NCBI GenBank assembly: GCA_963666975.2
Contig: CAXVYR010000004.1
Span: 576,001-640,000 of the forward strand
Direction: 5' to 3'
Source: Terriglobia bacterium
Lineage (GTDB): Bacteria > Acidobacteriota > Terriglobia > 2-12-FULL-54-10
Length of the DNA stretch: 64,000 nucleotides
Shown here: piece by piece, positions 41,974 to 53,667 of the stretch
Layout of the letters: every line of letters begins with the position of its first letter
How positions within the stretch are numbered: position 1 is the first letter of the stretch
Notes under the pieces: model-generated
Databases searched by the model: none
The model's input: the letters and a program-made list of their open reading frames with translations, nothing else
What the model was told of the DNA's origin: nothing
Program-made: the position numbers and the translations under genes

Positions 41974-42596
41974 GGGGCCAAAGCCTTCTGCAATCGCTCC
42001 AGAGCCGGACGCGAAATCAACAGTTGCCGGCACCGCAGCAGATGATAGGGATGCAAAGACGTTCCGTTCAGCAACTCCACCTCTGTCAGGTTCCGGCTGG
42101 AGAGTTCCAGATTCCGGTTGCCGGGATCGTCCACAAGCAGCACGGAACGCTCGGCATGAAAACGGTCCAGGACCTGCTGCAGATCTTTCGTCTTGTGGCT
42201 TTCCAGCTTGAACTCGTCGATCACCGTCAGTTGCTCCTCAGCCAGCTTCGCCGACAGGGCGGAGCGCAAGGCTCCGAGCAGCATCTTGCGCGGCAGCCGG
42301 TAGGAATACGAGCGCGGCTGCGGACCGTGGGTCGTGCCGCCCGATCTCCACAAGGGAGAACGGATACTGCCCACGCGAGCCCGGCCGGTTCCCTTCTGCT
42401 TCCATAACTTCCTCCCGCTGCCACGAACCTGGGCGCGGGTTTTGGTGGCGTGGGTTCCTGCCCGGCGGCTTGCCTGGAAATGCCGCACGGCTTCATAGAG
42501 CAGGTTCTTATTTATTTTGACCGCAAACACTTCTTCGGCCAAGTCTATTTCTCCGACTTTCCGATTCGCCAGGTTTTTTACTTCCACGCTCGGCAT
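41970..42596 (-). CDS. rplD: 50S ribosomal protein L4
   Basis: GTHATKTRAQV.G.GRKLWKQKGTGRAR.GS.RSP. Confidence 0.98.
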   Translation of the reverse strand: MPSVEVKNLANRKVGEIDLAEEVFAVKINKNLLYEAVRHFQASRRAGTHATKTRAQVRGSGRKLWKQKGTGRARVGSIRSPLWRSGGTTHGPQPRSYSYRLPRKMLLGALRSALSAKLAEEQLTVIDEFKLESHKTKDLQQVLDRFHAERSVLLVDDPGNRNLELSSRNLTEVELLNGTSLHPYHLLRCRQLLISRPALERLQKALAP

Positions 42597-42639
42597 CTTT
42601 CACCTATGCAGTTCCCGTACCTATACAGTTTCCGCAAAA

Positions 42640-43275
42640 TCAACTGGCGGAGGAGACCCTCTCGATAATCAGGTAACCCCCATTGGCCCCGGGCACGGCG
42701 CCCTTGACCAACAGCAGGTTGTCCTCCGGGACTACCCGCACAACTTCCAGATTTCGGACCGTTACGCGATCCGTCCCCATGTGGCCCGCTGCGCGCATTC
42801 CCTTCCACACGCGGGAAGGATAAGATGACTGCCCAATCGAACCAGGAGCCCGGTGAAACATGGAGCCGTGGGTGGCGCCGCCCCCGGCAAAGTGATGGCG
42901 CTTGATCACGCCGGCAAACCCCCGGCCCTTGCTGACGCCGATCACGTTCACGAGGTCCTTCGGCTGGAACAGGTCCACCTTGACCGAATCGCCGGGCTTG
43001 GTTTCGCCGCCCTCTTTCAAACGCAACTCCCGAGTAAACCGGGTGGGGGCCGTACCGGACTTCGCGAAATGGCCCTTGCTTGCCTTGGTGGCATGGCGCC
43101 GGGGGCGACTCTCCACCAACCCCAACTGCGCCGCTTCATAGCCGTCTTTCGCGGCTGTTTTTCGCTGCACCACCACGCAGGGGCCGGCCTCAAGCACCGT
43201 GACGGGCACCACCTCGCCATCCTCGCGGAATATCTGCGTCGTGCCCAGTTTCTTTCCTAAAATGCCGTTTACCAT
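42640..43275 (-). CDS. rplC: 50S ribosomal protein L3
   Basis: [30 protein letters not shown]. Confidence 0.98.
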   Translation of the reverse strand: MVNGILGKKLGTTQIFREDGEVVPVTVLEAGPCVVVQRKTAAKDGYEAAQLGLVESRPRRHATKASKGHFAKSGTAPTRFTRELRLKEGGETKPGDSVKVDLFQPKDLVNVIGVSKGRGFAGVIKRHHFAGGGATHGSMFHRAPGSIGQSSYPSRVWKGMRAAGHMGTDRVTVRNLEVVRVVPEDNLLLVKGAVPGANGGYLIIERVSSAS

Positions 43276-43297
43276 ATGCTATTCCCGGGACGAGAGA

Positions 43298-43325
43298 GCA
43301 GACCCCTCGCTCCGCTCAGGATGAC
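43298..43325. repeat. REP-like element in the rpsJ-rplC spacer
   Basis: GCAGACCCCTCGCTCCGCTCAGGATGAC; its reverse complement shares the CCTGAGCG.AG.CGA core with 1755..1778. Confidence 0.5.
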
Positions 43326-43333
43326 CCTTCGGA

Positions 43334-43660
43334 TCACTTGTGTTCTCTCCCAAAAGCCTTGATCTCCACATCCACGCCAGCCGGCAGGTCCAGCTTCATC
43401 AGCGCATCCACGGTCTGCTGCGTCGGGTCCAGAATATCCAGCAGCCGCTTATGAGTGCGAATCTCAAACTGCTCGCGAGACTTCTTGTCCACATGCGGCG
43501 AGCGCAGCGTGGTGTACTTATTTTTGATTGTCGGCAGCGGGATGGGCCCGGCCACCTGCGCTCCGGTTCTCTTCGCCGTACCCACGATCTCCGAAGCCGA
43601 CTGGTCGAGGATACGATAATCGTAAGCCTTCAACCGAATTCTAATGCGTTCCCGTAACAT
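43334..43660 (-). CDS. rpsJ: 30S ribosomal protein S10
   Basis: [30 protein letters not shown]. Confidence 0.98.
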   Translation of the reverse strand: MLRERIRIRLKAYDYRILDQSASEIVGTAKRTGAQVAGPIPLPTIKNKYTTLRSPHVDKKSREQFEIRTHKRLLDILDPTQQTVDALMKLDLPAGVDVEIKAFGREHK

Positions 43661-43744
43661 CGTATTTTTTCCGCCTCCGCCGGACCGCTTCCGGCTAGTA
43701 CGCGCTCTCTGGAGCCGGCGGTCAACCGCCGTCTGCGCTCCGTG

Positions 43745-44932
<1,188 letters not shown>

Positions 44933-45019
44933 CGCTATTCCTGCTCCCTTTCGTCTGCTTGAACCATCTCCTCTAACCGTCCCAGAAACATCGCCGGCCG
45001 CAGGAAACCTTCCACAGCC

Positions 45020-47110
45020 CTACCGCCCCACCGCGCGCCCTTGGACGCGGGCGACAATCTCCTCGCTGACAGTGCGGGGTATTTCCTCATACCGCGCAAA
45101 GTGCATGGTGTAGGTGGCGCGGCCCTGCGTCCGGGATCGCATTTCCGTGGCATACCCAAACATCTCCGCCAGCGGCACCGCCGACCGGATGATCTGGGTT
45201 CCGGAACGGGCCTCCATCGCCTCAATCTTCCCGCGGCGGCTGTTCAAATCGCCGATCACGTCCCCCATATACTCCTCCGGCACCACGACCTCCACGCCCA
45301 TCACCGGCTCCATCAGGACCGGCTTGGCGCGGCGGACCGCAGCCTTAAAGCCGATTGAACCGGCGATCTTGAAGGCCAGCTCAGAGCTGTCCACTTCATG
45401 GTAGCTGCCATCGACCAGCGTGACGCGGATGTCCACCATCGGATAGCCGGCCAGCACGCCGCCCTCCATTGCCTCGCGAATCCCCGTCTCCACCGGCTTG
45501 ATGTACTCTCTGGGAACCCTGCCTCCCACGATCTTGCTGATGAACTCAAATCCGGCGCCCGGCTCCGCCGGTTCAATCTCCAGCTTGACATGCCCGTACT
45601 GGCCGTGCCCGCCGGTTTGGCGAACGTATCTTCCTTCGGCCTCGGCGCTGCGCCGTATGGTTTCGCGATAAGCGACCTGGGGTTTCCCCACGTTGGCGCC
45701 CACACGAAATTCCCGCAACAGGCGGTCTACGATAATCTCCAAGTGCAGCTCACCCATTCCGGAAAGAATAGTCTGGCCCGTTTCCGCATCCGTATTCACC
45801 TGGAAGGTGGGATCTTCTTGCGCCAGCTTGCCCAGCGCCACCCCGAGCCTTTCCTGGTCCGCCTTGGTCTTGGGTTCCACTGAAATGGAGATCACCGGGG
45901 TGGGAAACTCGATGGACTCCAGCAGGACCGGCGCGTCCAGGTCGCAGATGGTCTCGCCCGTGCTGACATTCTTCAGGCCGACCGCAGCGGCGATGTCGCC
46001 GGCATAAACCTCGTCAATATCTTCGCGCTTGTCCGCATGCATTTTAAGAAGACGCCCGATGCGTTCTTTCCGCTCCCGGGTGGTGCTCCAGACCTGCGAC
46101 CCGGCTTTCAGAAAACCGGAGTAAACCCGAAAAAACGAAAGCTGGCCGACATACGGATCAGTCATGATTTTGAAAACCAAGGCGGCGAAAGGCTCAGAGT
46201 CGGCAGGCGCCCGCTGAATGGTCTCCCCCTTCGGCGAGAGCCCCTCCACGGGCGGGATATCCACCGGGGAGGGCAGAAAGTCGACTACCGCATCAAGCAA
46301 CGGCTGCACGCCTTTGTTCTTAAAGGCAGACCCGCAGACCACCGGAACCAGCCTGATCCCGATGGTGGACCGGCGCAGGCTGGCTTTCAACTCCTGCTCG
46401 GTCAACTGCTGGCCATGAACGTATTTTTCCAGCAGCGCCTCATCCTGCTCACAGATCGCTTCAATCATCTCGTCGCGGTAAGACTTTGCCTGGGCGCGGT
46501 AGGGCTCGGGAATTTCTTCCTCCTCAAACTGCGCGCCCAATGTCCCTTCGCGGTAGACAATCGCATGATTACGAAACAGGTCAATGACTCCCAAAAATCC
46601 GTCTTCCGTTCCCAGGGGAAGCTGTATCGCCACCGGATGGGTTCCCAGGCGCGTGCGCATCATGGCCAGGCAGCGGTCGAAGTCCGCTCCCACGCGGTCC
46701 ATCTTGTTCACAAAAGCGATGCGCGGAACGCCGTACTTGTCCGCCTGCCTCCAAACGGTTTCCGACTGCGGCTGCACACCCGCCACCGCGTCAAAGACAG
46801 CCACCGCGCCGTCCAGCACCCGCAGGGAGCGCTCCACTTCCGCTGTGAAATCCACATGCCCGGGGGTGTCGATGATGTTGATACGGATGTCATTCCAGAA
46901 ACAAGTGGTAGCCGCCGAAGTGATCGTGATTCCGCGCTCCTGCTCCTGCGCCATATAGTCCATAATGGCAGTGCCTTCGTGGACCTCTCCCATGCGATGC
47001 GTGATTCCTGTGTAATAGAGAATCCGCTCCGTGGTTGTCGTTTTCCCGGCATCGATGTGGGCCATGATGCCGATGTTGCGAATTTTTTCGAGCGCTACTT
47101 CACGCGGCAT
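45020..47110 (-). CDS. fusA: Elongation factor G
   Basis: [40 protein letters not shown]; start at MPREV (47110). Confidence 0.98.
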   Translation of the reverse strand: MPREVALEKIRNIGIMAHIDAGKTTTTERILYYTGITHRMGEVHEGTAIMDYMAQEQERGITITSAATTCFWNDIRINIIDTPGHVDFTAEVERSLRVLDGAVAVFDAVAGVQPQSETVWRQADKYGVPRIAFVNKMDRVGADFDRCLAMMRTRLGTHPVAIQLPLGTEDGFLGVIDLFRNHAIVYREGTLGAQFEEEEIPEPYRAQAKSYRDEMIEAICEQDEALLEKYVHGQQLTEQELKASLRRSTIGIRLVPVVCGSAFKNKGVQPLLDAVVDFLPSPVDIPPVEGLSPKGETIQRAPADSEPFAALVFKIMTDPYVGQLSFFRVYSGFLKAGSQVWSTTRERKERIGRLLKMHADKREDIDEVYAGDIAAAVGLKNVSTGETICDLDAPVLLESIEFPTPVISISVEPKTKADQERLGVALGKLAQEDPTFQVNTDAETGQTILSGMGELHLEIIVDRLLREFRVGANVGKPQVAYRETIRRSAEAEGRYVRQTGGHGQYGHVKLEIEPAEPGAGFEFISKIVGGRVPREYIKPVETGIREAMEGGVLAGYPMVDIRVTLVDGSYHEVDSSELAFKIAGSIGFKAAVRRAKPVLMEPVMGVEVVVPEEYMGDVIGDLNSRRGKIEAMEARSGTQIIRSAVPLAEMFGYATEMRSRTQGRATYTMHFARYEEIPRTVSEEIVARVQGRAVGR

Positions 47111-47416
47111 ATCTTTACTAACCGTCTTCCCCACTGTCTCGCCACTCTGGCGCTGCGGCAATCCCTGAAAGCCATCCGCCTCCCTGGCTGCCACGCAAGG
47201 CCCAAAAGGCTCCTGCCCGGCGGGCCAAAGGCCTGACCTGGCTGGCTCCCGGCAGCGGAGCAAAAAGGCCACCGGGAAAACCGCCTAACCGGGGAAGAAC
47301 TAAGGTCTCTGTTCTGTTATTGAATCCCCTGACTGCCGATCCTCATCCTAAAAGCCGCAATGCCGGAAGAGCCCGTTTTCCTGCAAGGCGAGGCCATTGC
47401 TTTCGGCCCTTACTCC

Positions 47417-47887
47417 CTACCAGCGGTAGTGAGCAAACGCCCGATTCGCCTCTGCCATACGGTGGATTTCTTCTTTCCTCTTGATCGCAGCGCCCCGGCC
47501 GTTAAAGGCGTCCAACAACTCACCCGCCAGCCGCTCCGACATGCTTTTTTCCCCGCGACGGCGCGCGAAACTGATCAGCCAGCGAATGCTCAAGCTGGCC
47601 CTGCGGTCCGGGTTGACCTCAATCGGAATTTGGTAGTTCGCGCCACCCACCCTACGGGTCTTCACTTCCATCATGGGCTTGGTGTTTTCGACGGCCTTTT
47701 TGAAAACCCGGAGCGGATCCTCTTTCGTTCGCTCCTGAATTCTCTCCATCGCCGAATAAAAAATCGTTTCCGATGTCGACTTCTTGCCATCCCACATCAG
47801 GCAGTTCACGAATTTCGCCACCAGTTCGCTGCTGTAAATGGCGTCCATCGGAACCTGACGGTGTTCGACAAATCCTTTCCTCGGCAT
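47417..47887 (-). CDS. rpsG: 30S ribosomal protein S7
   Basis: [31 protein letters not shown]. Confidence 0.98.
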   Translation of the reverse strand: MPRKGFVEHRQVPMDAIYSSELVAKFVNCLMWDGKKSTSETIFYSAMERIQERTKEDPLRVFKKAVENTKPMMEVKTRRVGGANYQIPIEVNPDRRASLSIRWLISFARRRGEKSMSERLAGELLDAFNGRGAAIKRKEEIHRMAEANRAFAHYRW

Positions 47888-47955
47888 ATTCGACTCTATT
47901 CTCCCGCAGCCCTAAGTTTCCGGCCAGCTTTCCAGCGCCGCCGCCGCAGTCCGGC

Positions 47956-48330
47956 TCAAGCTTTGGGCCGCTTGGCCCCGTATTTCGATCTTCCTTGCTT
48001 CCGGGTCCCCACGCCCGAAGCGTCCAGAGTGCCGCGAACGACGTGATACCGCACGCCCGGCAGGTCCTTCACCTTGCCCCCGCGAATCAGCACAATGGAG
48101 TGCTCCTGCAGGTTGTGGCCGACGCCGGGGATGTAGCTGGTAACCTCAATCCCGTTTGTCAGGCGAACCCGGGCCACTTTGCGAAGCGCCGAATTGGGCT
48201 TCTTGGGCGTAGAGGTATAGACCCGCGTGCAAACCCCCCGTTTCTGAGGACACGATTGCAAGGCGGGACTCGCAGTTTTGCTCTTGACCCTTTTCCGTCC
48301 ATGCCGCACGAGCTGGTTAAATGTAGGCAC
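47956..48330 (-). CDS. rpsL: 30S ribosomal protein S12
   Basis: GTG start (PTFNQLVR), [19 protein letters not shown]. Confidence 0.98.
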   Translation of the reverse strand: MPTFNQLVRHGRKRVKSKTASPALQSCPQKRGVCTRVYTSTPKKPNSALRKVARVRLTNGIEVTSYIPGVGHNLQEHSIVLIRGGKVKDLPGVRYHVVRGTLDASGVGTRKQGRSKYGAKRPKA

Positions 48331-48640
48331 CAAAACCCTTCCAGATCGCATGGACCCATCAGACAGAGGAAAAACAGGCTTCCCTCGCTTCAAAACTTCT
48401 GAAGAAGATCCGCTGCGACCAAATCCAAATTGTCCCTAAGGGTGGAAAACCCTCCCGGAGCGGCGTCTTGCTCCACTTCGGGCAGCTTTGTTTTAGGCTA
48501 GTCGTTCCGCCCTTGCGGGCGGCCAAGTTATTCACCTGGGCGGCAGGCACCTGGGGGACTTGCTGCGAAAGAAAACCCGGTAACCTTCCACTACATGCCG
48601 CCTCTAGATCAAAGCAGCATCCATGTAGCCAAACCCAAAC

Positions 48641-48669
48641 AATTTAGCAAAAAGCACATCTTCTGTCAA
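48641..48669 (-). promoter_or_regulatory. Putative sigma70 promoter of the str/S10 superoperon
   Basis: Minus strand TTGACA-N17-TAAATT, about 310 bp upstream of rpsL. Confidence 0.6.
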
Positions 48670-49074
48670 TACGGCCGCCACCCAGCTTTTTGAACCTTAC
48701 AGGCCAAACGGCAAGTTAGAACGTTTCGTCGCTCCCTGCAACCGAGCCGCCCGGCACCCATCTGCAACTCCTTTATCATCTATTTTATCATCTATCACCC
48801 AACGAGTGGTCCAAACGGTTGACACGTCACCAATTTCGCCATCAGCCTGGACTGAATGCAAACAGCGCGGAAATAATTTGTGCTAAAATATCAAAAGTAA
48901 AGTCGTTGCAGGAGGGATTTCCTGAATCCTTTCCTCTGGGGCAGGCTTCGGGGAGAAAAATTTTCGCCCCGGAGTGAAGCATCTTTTTATGCAAACAGGG
49001 AATCGAACTAATTGGCAATCGTTTGTAGCAGTTATTTGTAGTATTGAAGAGAATACCTTTGGGAGGAACTTTCC

Positions 49075-50013
49075 ATGAGCATTACACCTTCACCCATACC
49101 GCAATCTGGAGGAGAGCCCAGCGCGGCAAGCAGCCCACCATCGCCCCCCACCGGAGGCGGCGGGAGTTCCACTTCGCTGCAATCCGTAATTCTGCTGGTG
49201 GTGTTGATCTTGGTTGTTGCCGGAGGATTGGGCTTCTACTCCTACCAGCTGACCAACCGCCTGGAGGAGATGAAAACCAGTTTCGCCCGGACGTTTGCCT
49301 CGCAAAATGAAATCCTGCAGGCAATCGGCCAGCGCCTGGACCAGGGCGATGAACGCTACGCCGACTTGCAGGGCGAATTTTCCGTGACCAGGGAGCGGCT
49401 GGGTCTGACCCGGAACGAACTGCAGCGGGCGCGGCAAATCTCTGCCGCGCTGGACGAGCAGCAGAAGGCATCCGCCATGCTGCTGACCAGCCAGTTGGGC
49501 CAGCTCGAGCAGGAACAGGCCACCACGAAGGGATCGGTGGGCACTTTGGAAACCGATGTGGTCGAAGTAAAGGAAGATGTAAAGTCCACACAGGACCTGC
49601 TGGCCTCCACCCAAACGGAGTTGCAGCGCGTAAAGGGCGACCTGGGCGTGCAGAGCGACCTGATTGCTCACAACGCCGGGGAGCTGGACTCATTGCGGAA
49701 GCTCGGAGACCGGGCCTATTTCGAGTTTGACCTGCGCAAAACCAGGCGGCCCCAGCGCGTCGGAGAGATTTCACTCCAACTCCGGAAAACGGATGTCAAG
49801 CGGCAAAAGTACACCATCTACCTGGTTGCCGACGACAGAACCATCGAGAAGAAAGACAAGACCGTCCATGAGCCGGTGCAGTTTTACCGTCCCGGCGACG
49901 GGTTTCCGACTGAAATTGTCGTCAACCAAATCTTCAAGGACCGCATTGTGGGTTACGTTTCGTCTCCTAAAGCGAAGGGACCGAGCCGGACCCCGATGGG
50001 GTCTGCCTCTTAA
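49075..50013 (+). CDS. Single-pass membrane protein with coiled-coil stalk and C-terminal beta-rich domain
   Basis: Pro/Ser/Gly N-tail, TM segment (VILLVVLILVVAGGLGF), Q/E/L-rich heptads, then YFEFDL...EPVQFY; GGAGG RBS. Confidence 0.85.
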   Translation: MSITPSPIPQSGGEPSAASSPPSPPTGGGGSSTSLQSVILLVVLILVVAGGLGFYSYQLTNRLEEMKTSFARTFASQNEILQAIGQRLDQGDERYADLQGEFSVTRERLGLTRNELQRARQISAALDEQQKASAMLLTSQLGQLEQEQATTKGSVGTLETDVVEVKEDVKSTQDLLASTQTELQRVKGDLGVQSDLIAHNAGELDSLRKLGDRAYFEFDLRKTRRPQRVGEISLQLRKTDVKRQKYTIYLVADDRTIEKKDKTVHEPVQFYRPGDGFPTEIVVNQIFKDRIVGYVSSPKAKGPSRTPMGSAS

Positions 50014-50150
50014 AATCCTCGAACAGCCTCTGCAAAAACGAACGGGCGGGAGAGCGGGCAATGCCGCTGCTCCCCCGTTCGCCGCAGAAGGAAGCCGGTT
50101 CGCCAGGCCGCTGTCTTGTCAAAGGGCCGGATCGTCAGGGCGGCGGTTCG

Positions 50151-52694
50151 TCAGGGAGATTGACTCGACCAGCCGAGCTGCTTGCCGACGTAGTCGTAGA
50201 TCGGTTTCCCGCAACAAACCTCGTAATAGTGGCGGTCCGTGTACTCCACGATGCGGAAATCTTTCGGGTGGAGTTGCGGAACGCGGCCCCGGCGCACCAC
50301 CACCCTTTGGAAGCTTTCCCGCCCAATCGGCAGAGAACCACAATACAATTCCACCGTTTCCGGATCGCCTAAAAGGGGCATCTTCAAGTCCACCCTTCTT
50401 AGCGATAATTCCTGCGAAAGCTTGCTGAAGGCGGCCTCGTTGATCTCGATGCCCTCGACGTTGTAATGCAGCAGGAATTCCTCCGAGGCGCCGCCGGATT
50501 CGGCGTCGGGCAGCAACTGCATCACAAAGACCCGGAAGAACCGGTTCTTCTGGCCCACCACCCGCTTCGCCAGTTTGCCGCAACTGGAAAGCCGGTCGGA
50601 TTCATTCAGCGCTTTGGAGATCATAATCGGGGTCTCGCCGTCCATCAGGTACATGGGAGCCGCAGGCTGAAAACTGATGCCGATTCCCAGCTCCAGCAGC
50701 GGCAACTGTTTCCGCGCGGCCTGGTCGTTGACCGCCCGGACCCCCTCAATCATATCTCTGGCTAAACCTTTTGCTCTCATGAGACTTGTTGGCTGTTCTG
50801 AAATTTTAGCCGGACAGCAGTGAAGGGGCAGTCCACCCTTCTTAGAGATTCGGGCCACGGAGTTTGTGCCCAGGGTATCCTTCTCCCGCTCCAGAATCGC
50901 CAAAATCACGGCGTCCCCTTCCAGAAACACTTTGAAAGCGCCGTAGCGGGGCAGCAGTTTGGTGATCGGCTGAAAAAAATTGAGACTAAAGTAAGAGGCC
51001 GGATTCAATCCCCTGGAATACAGCTGGGCCGTGATGGAGGTGGAGTCCCGGATGTCGGCTTTCAGGATAGCGTGGCTAGAGACCTTGTCCTCCAGCGGCC
51101 CATGTTCCTCCGCCAGAAGAAACCGGTAGAGGGTGCGGTTGATCTCGGAAAGTTCCAGTTGCTTCCGGTCAACGGGAAGGTGGACATGCTCCATCAAGCT
51201 CCGCACCAGGTGAAAGTCGCGCAGATCGTGCTGGTAGCGCATATAGTCGGAAAGGAAGCGGACCAGCACAGCCCGTATCTCCTTGCTCCCGGCGTCGCGG
51301 ACCCGGCGCGCCGCTTCCTCCAGCGTGGCGGTGGAAGCGGTGGGGAGGCGGTATTCACGAATCAGGTGCGCCACCTTCTTTCGCTCGCCTTCCTCCACCA
51401 GCGCTTCTTTCAGTTGCTGCGGGTGGATTGGAGGACAAAAATCCTGATAGATTCTGGCCGTTTCATAGGCCGCCAGGATATAGGGAATCAACCCGGCTTG
51501 GTGAAACTGATCGTAGAGTTTCTCGAGGGCTTCCTTTTGCTCCCCGGCTTTTTGCTTCAGGAACGCGATTTTCTCCGCTCCGGCTTTTTCCTTCCGCGCC
51601 TCCGCAAGCTGCTGCTCGGTCTGAAAGGCGTCCACCAATAAAACGGCATTGGCCGGCGCAGCGGCGATGGCATCTATGCGGGCCGCATAAGAATCCGAGA
51701 TCAGGTGAAACGCTTCCAGTTGCCCGTTCAGCCGGCTTTCTATGGACGCAATCTCTGACTTCAGTTCGGCCGGGTCTTGTGTTTCCGTCCGTCCGCCCAG
51801 GGAGAAAAATCCCCGCTTCGTTCCCTGTTCCTCCACTTGCTTGCGCAGGGTCTCCCGACGCAGGCTCAGTTCCGCGCAGGACTCCCGGCGGGAATAGTAA
51901 TTTTGAAACTCCTCCGAGTGACAGTCGGCCCATTCCAGCAAGCTCCGCACCTGCTCGTCGACCAGTTCCAGCCGGTCCGGGTCCCTCTGGAAATTTCCCA
52001 GCAAAATGTAGTGCTCCAGATTTAGATAATCGTCCTTCCCGTCCTCGGTGAAAATCAATGGATTGGAAAAGACGGCGTGCGGCTCCGAGGCCTCGCTGCC
52101 GAAAAAGGACTCGCGCGTCTTGCGAACCACGTCACCGCGCGCCTCGTTGACCATTCCCAGCAGTTCCTGACCCGCCCGGCGCAGAATGATTTTTCTGTTT
52201 TTTTGGAAATTGCCGAACTGTTCTTGCAGTTGGTAGCCGCGTGGCCGGTGATCCTGTCCCGGCCCCTCAAACAATTTCAACTTCTCGCGCGCTTGGACGG
52301 TGATCGCGGCGTGCTGCGCTTGCAACTCCCCAACCATATACTTGAAGACCGCCGTTTGAACCAGCACCTCCAGTTGAGGGTTTTTCTCGACATTGGCGCG
52401 TTTCAGCACAGCCACCAGCAAGTCTTGCAAGCTCTGCTTCACCTCTTTTTTATCAGATGGTTTGGGTTGGCCTGGAGGGTTGTGCATAAGCTCTGCCGCG
52501 CCGGAATGCTTGAGAACTACTTGCAACAAGAGAGGCCGGCAGAACTCCAGGAAACGGGGGCTGAGACAGACGTCAAACCGGATGTTGTCAATGCCGGGGA
52601 TCAACTGATCGGTCTTGACAGCGGGCGCGTAGGAGTGGAAGGAGAAGGGGTGCTGCGGCTTTGCAGAAGCGGATTTGGAGAATAGGGCGCTCAT
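50151..52694 (-). CDS. Large helical/coiled-coil protein with C-terminal class III nucleotidyl cyclase-like domain
   Basis: ILKADIRDST, KVFLEGDAVIL, LELGIGI, ALNESDRLSS correspond to class III cyclase motifs; start placed at MSALF (52694). Confidence 0.75.
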   Translation of the reverse strand: MSALFSKSASAKPQHPFSFHSYAPAVKTDQLIPGIDNIRFDVCLSPRFLEFCRPLLLQVVLKHSGAAELMHNPPGQPKPSDKKEVKQSLQDLLVAVLKRANVEKNPQLEVLVQTAVFKYMVGELQAQHAAITVQAREKLKLFEGPGQDHRPRGYQLQEQFGNFQKNRKIILRRAGQELLGMVNEARGDVVRKTRESFFGSEASEPHAVFSNPLIFTEDGKDDYLNLEHYILLGNFQRDPDRLELVDEQVRSLLEWADCHSEEFQNYYSRRESCAELSLRRETLRKQVEEQGTKRGFFSLGGRTETQDPAELKSEIASIESRLNGQLEAFHLISDSYAARIDAIAAAPANAVLLVDAFQTEQQLAEARKEKAGAEKIAFLKQKAGEQKEALEKLYDQFHQAGLIPYILAAYETARIYQDFCPPIHPQQLKEALVEEGERKKVAHLIREYRLPTASTATLEEAARRVRDAGSKEIRAVLVRFLSDYMRYQHDLRDFHLVRSLMEHVHLPVDRKQLELSEINRTLYRFLLAEEHGPLEDKVSSHAILKADIRDSTSITAQLYSRGLNPASYFSLNFFQPITKLLPRYGAFKVFLEGDAVILAILEREKDTLGTNSVARISKKGGLPLHCCPAKISEQPTSLMRAKGLARDMIEGVRAVNDQAARKQLPLLELGIGISFQPAAPMYLMDGETPIMISKALNESDRLSSCGKLAKRVVGQKNRFFRVFVMQLLPDAESGGASEEFLLHYNVEGIEINEAAFSKLSQELSLRRVDLKMPLLGDPETVELYCGSLPIGRESFQRVVVRRGRVPQLHPKDFRIVEYTDRHYYEVCCGKPIYDYVGKQLGWSSQSP

Positions 52695-52929
52695 CGCTGG
52701 TTGTCCGAGGGTTGTCCGAGTAGCCCTTGGTATGAAGGGGCAGGGGTAACGCCAGCTTCTGGCTCCGGAAGCAACTATAACAAAACCCGTGACCACCAGC
52801 AAAGCCCGTTGCGGCCCGATGGCTGCTCCGGCTCGGTAACCTCAATGATTCCCCTTGCACATCGCAGCGGGAAAAAACGGCAAGAAACGAAAAATGATCT
52901 GCAGCAGAAAATTTGGGTAGAATGTCCAA

Positions 52930-53166
52930 ATGTTTCCTGAAGCGGCCCCCCTGCGTTGCGTACATCTAAACCGGCTTGGCCGTCAATGTCCTTCCGAGGC
53001 GCTTCCGGAGGACGTGTTTTGCGCGGCCCACTCGCCCGACCGGGAACTTGAATCGCCGGAGCCGGACAATCGCCGCCCTTCCATCTATCGCCTGGTGGCG
53101 CTCCTGCTGCTGCTCATTTTTCTTTTCAATGCCTATCAGACTGTTCTCGGATGGCTGGGATGGTAG
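52930..53166 (+). CDS. Small protein with C-x9-C-x10-C-x2-H putative zinc knuckle and C-terminal TM helix
   Basis: RCVH...GRQC...FCAAH then LVALLLLLIFLF. Confidence 0.65.
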   Translation: MFPEAAPLRCVHLNRLGRQCPSEALPEDVFCAAHSPDRELESPEPDNRRPSIYRLVALLLLLIFLFNAYQTVLGWLGW

Positions 53167-53200
53167 GATTGCTTTGTCGTTCTGCGCTGAGCACAAGCCT

Positions 53201-53398
53201 GGTAGATTCTCTCTTGAGTTACAAGGTTTTTTCTCTTTTGGAGGATGCCGAAGGAACCTTTTCTCTTATTGGATTCATGCAACCTTCATGGTACAAAGCT
53301 CCGAGGCGAGCGGAAAGAGCTTGGCCCCGTCGTAAGCCTGGCGATGTTTGAACATGCCGAAGATGGCGTGCAAGAGCTTCCGCATGACGGCCACGCCC
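53201..53398 (-). mobile_element. IS110-family transposase C-terminal remnant plus right end
   Basis: [23 protein letters not shown] tail; possible terminus ...CAAGAGAGAATCT near 53201..53214. Confidence 0.7.
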
Positions 53399-53507
53399 AT
53401 ATCTTCGACGCCCCGCACTTGATCGTCTTCCCTGCCCTGGCCGTGATGCTGGCCGTCCTGGCTTTCAACTTCCTGGGAGACGCGCTCCGCGACTACCTCG
53501 ACCCGTG
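53396..53507 (+). pseudogene. C-terminal fragment of a peptide ABC transporter permease (OppC/DppC-like)
   Basis: [32 protein letters not shown]. Confidence 0.85.
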
Positions 53508-53583
53508 CCTGAGTAGAAGAACCCACCCTACTGGAAGCGAAAAGCTCTTGACAGCGGATGGACTTAAGGAGTATTAATGGCGT

Positions 53584-53603
53584 AAGTTAACTTGGGTTAA
53601 TGA
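53584..53603. promoter_or_regulatory. Putative DtxR/MntR-family operator downstream of a sigma70-like promoter
   Basis: Palindrome TTAAC-TTGG-GTTAA (53587..53600); TTGACA at 53548 and TATTAAT at 53572; GTTAACTT core also at 56163..56170 (minus). Confidence 0.6.
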
Positions 53604-53667
53604 TCCGGATGGCAGGATAGGGTTAGTTTCCGGGCCCCCTCCAAGAGCTAAGAGCGGAGGAAAACGC

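Noticed and set aside
50825-50835. TGGACTGCCCC (minus) as an IS3 left end
   Set aside because: Better explained as part of a partial copy of 50373..50406 from the same gene
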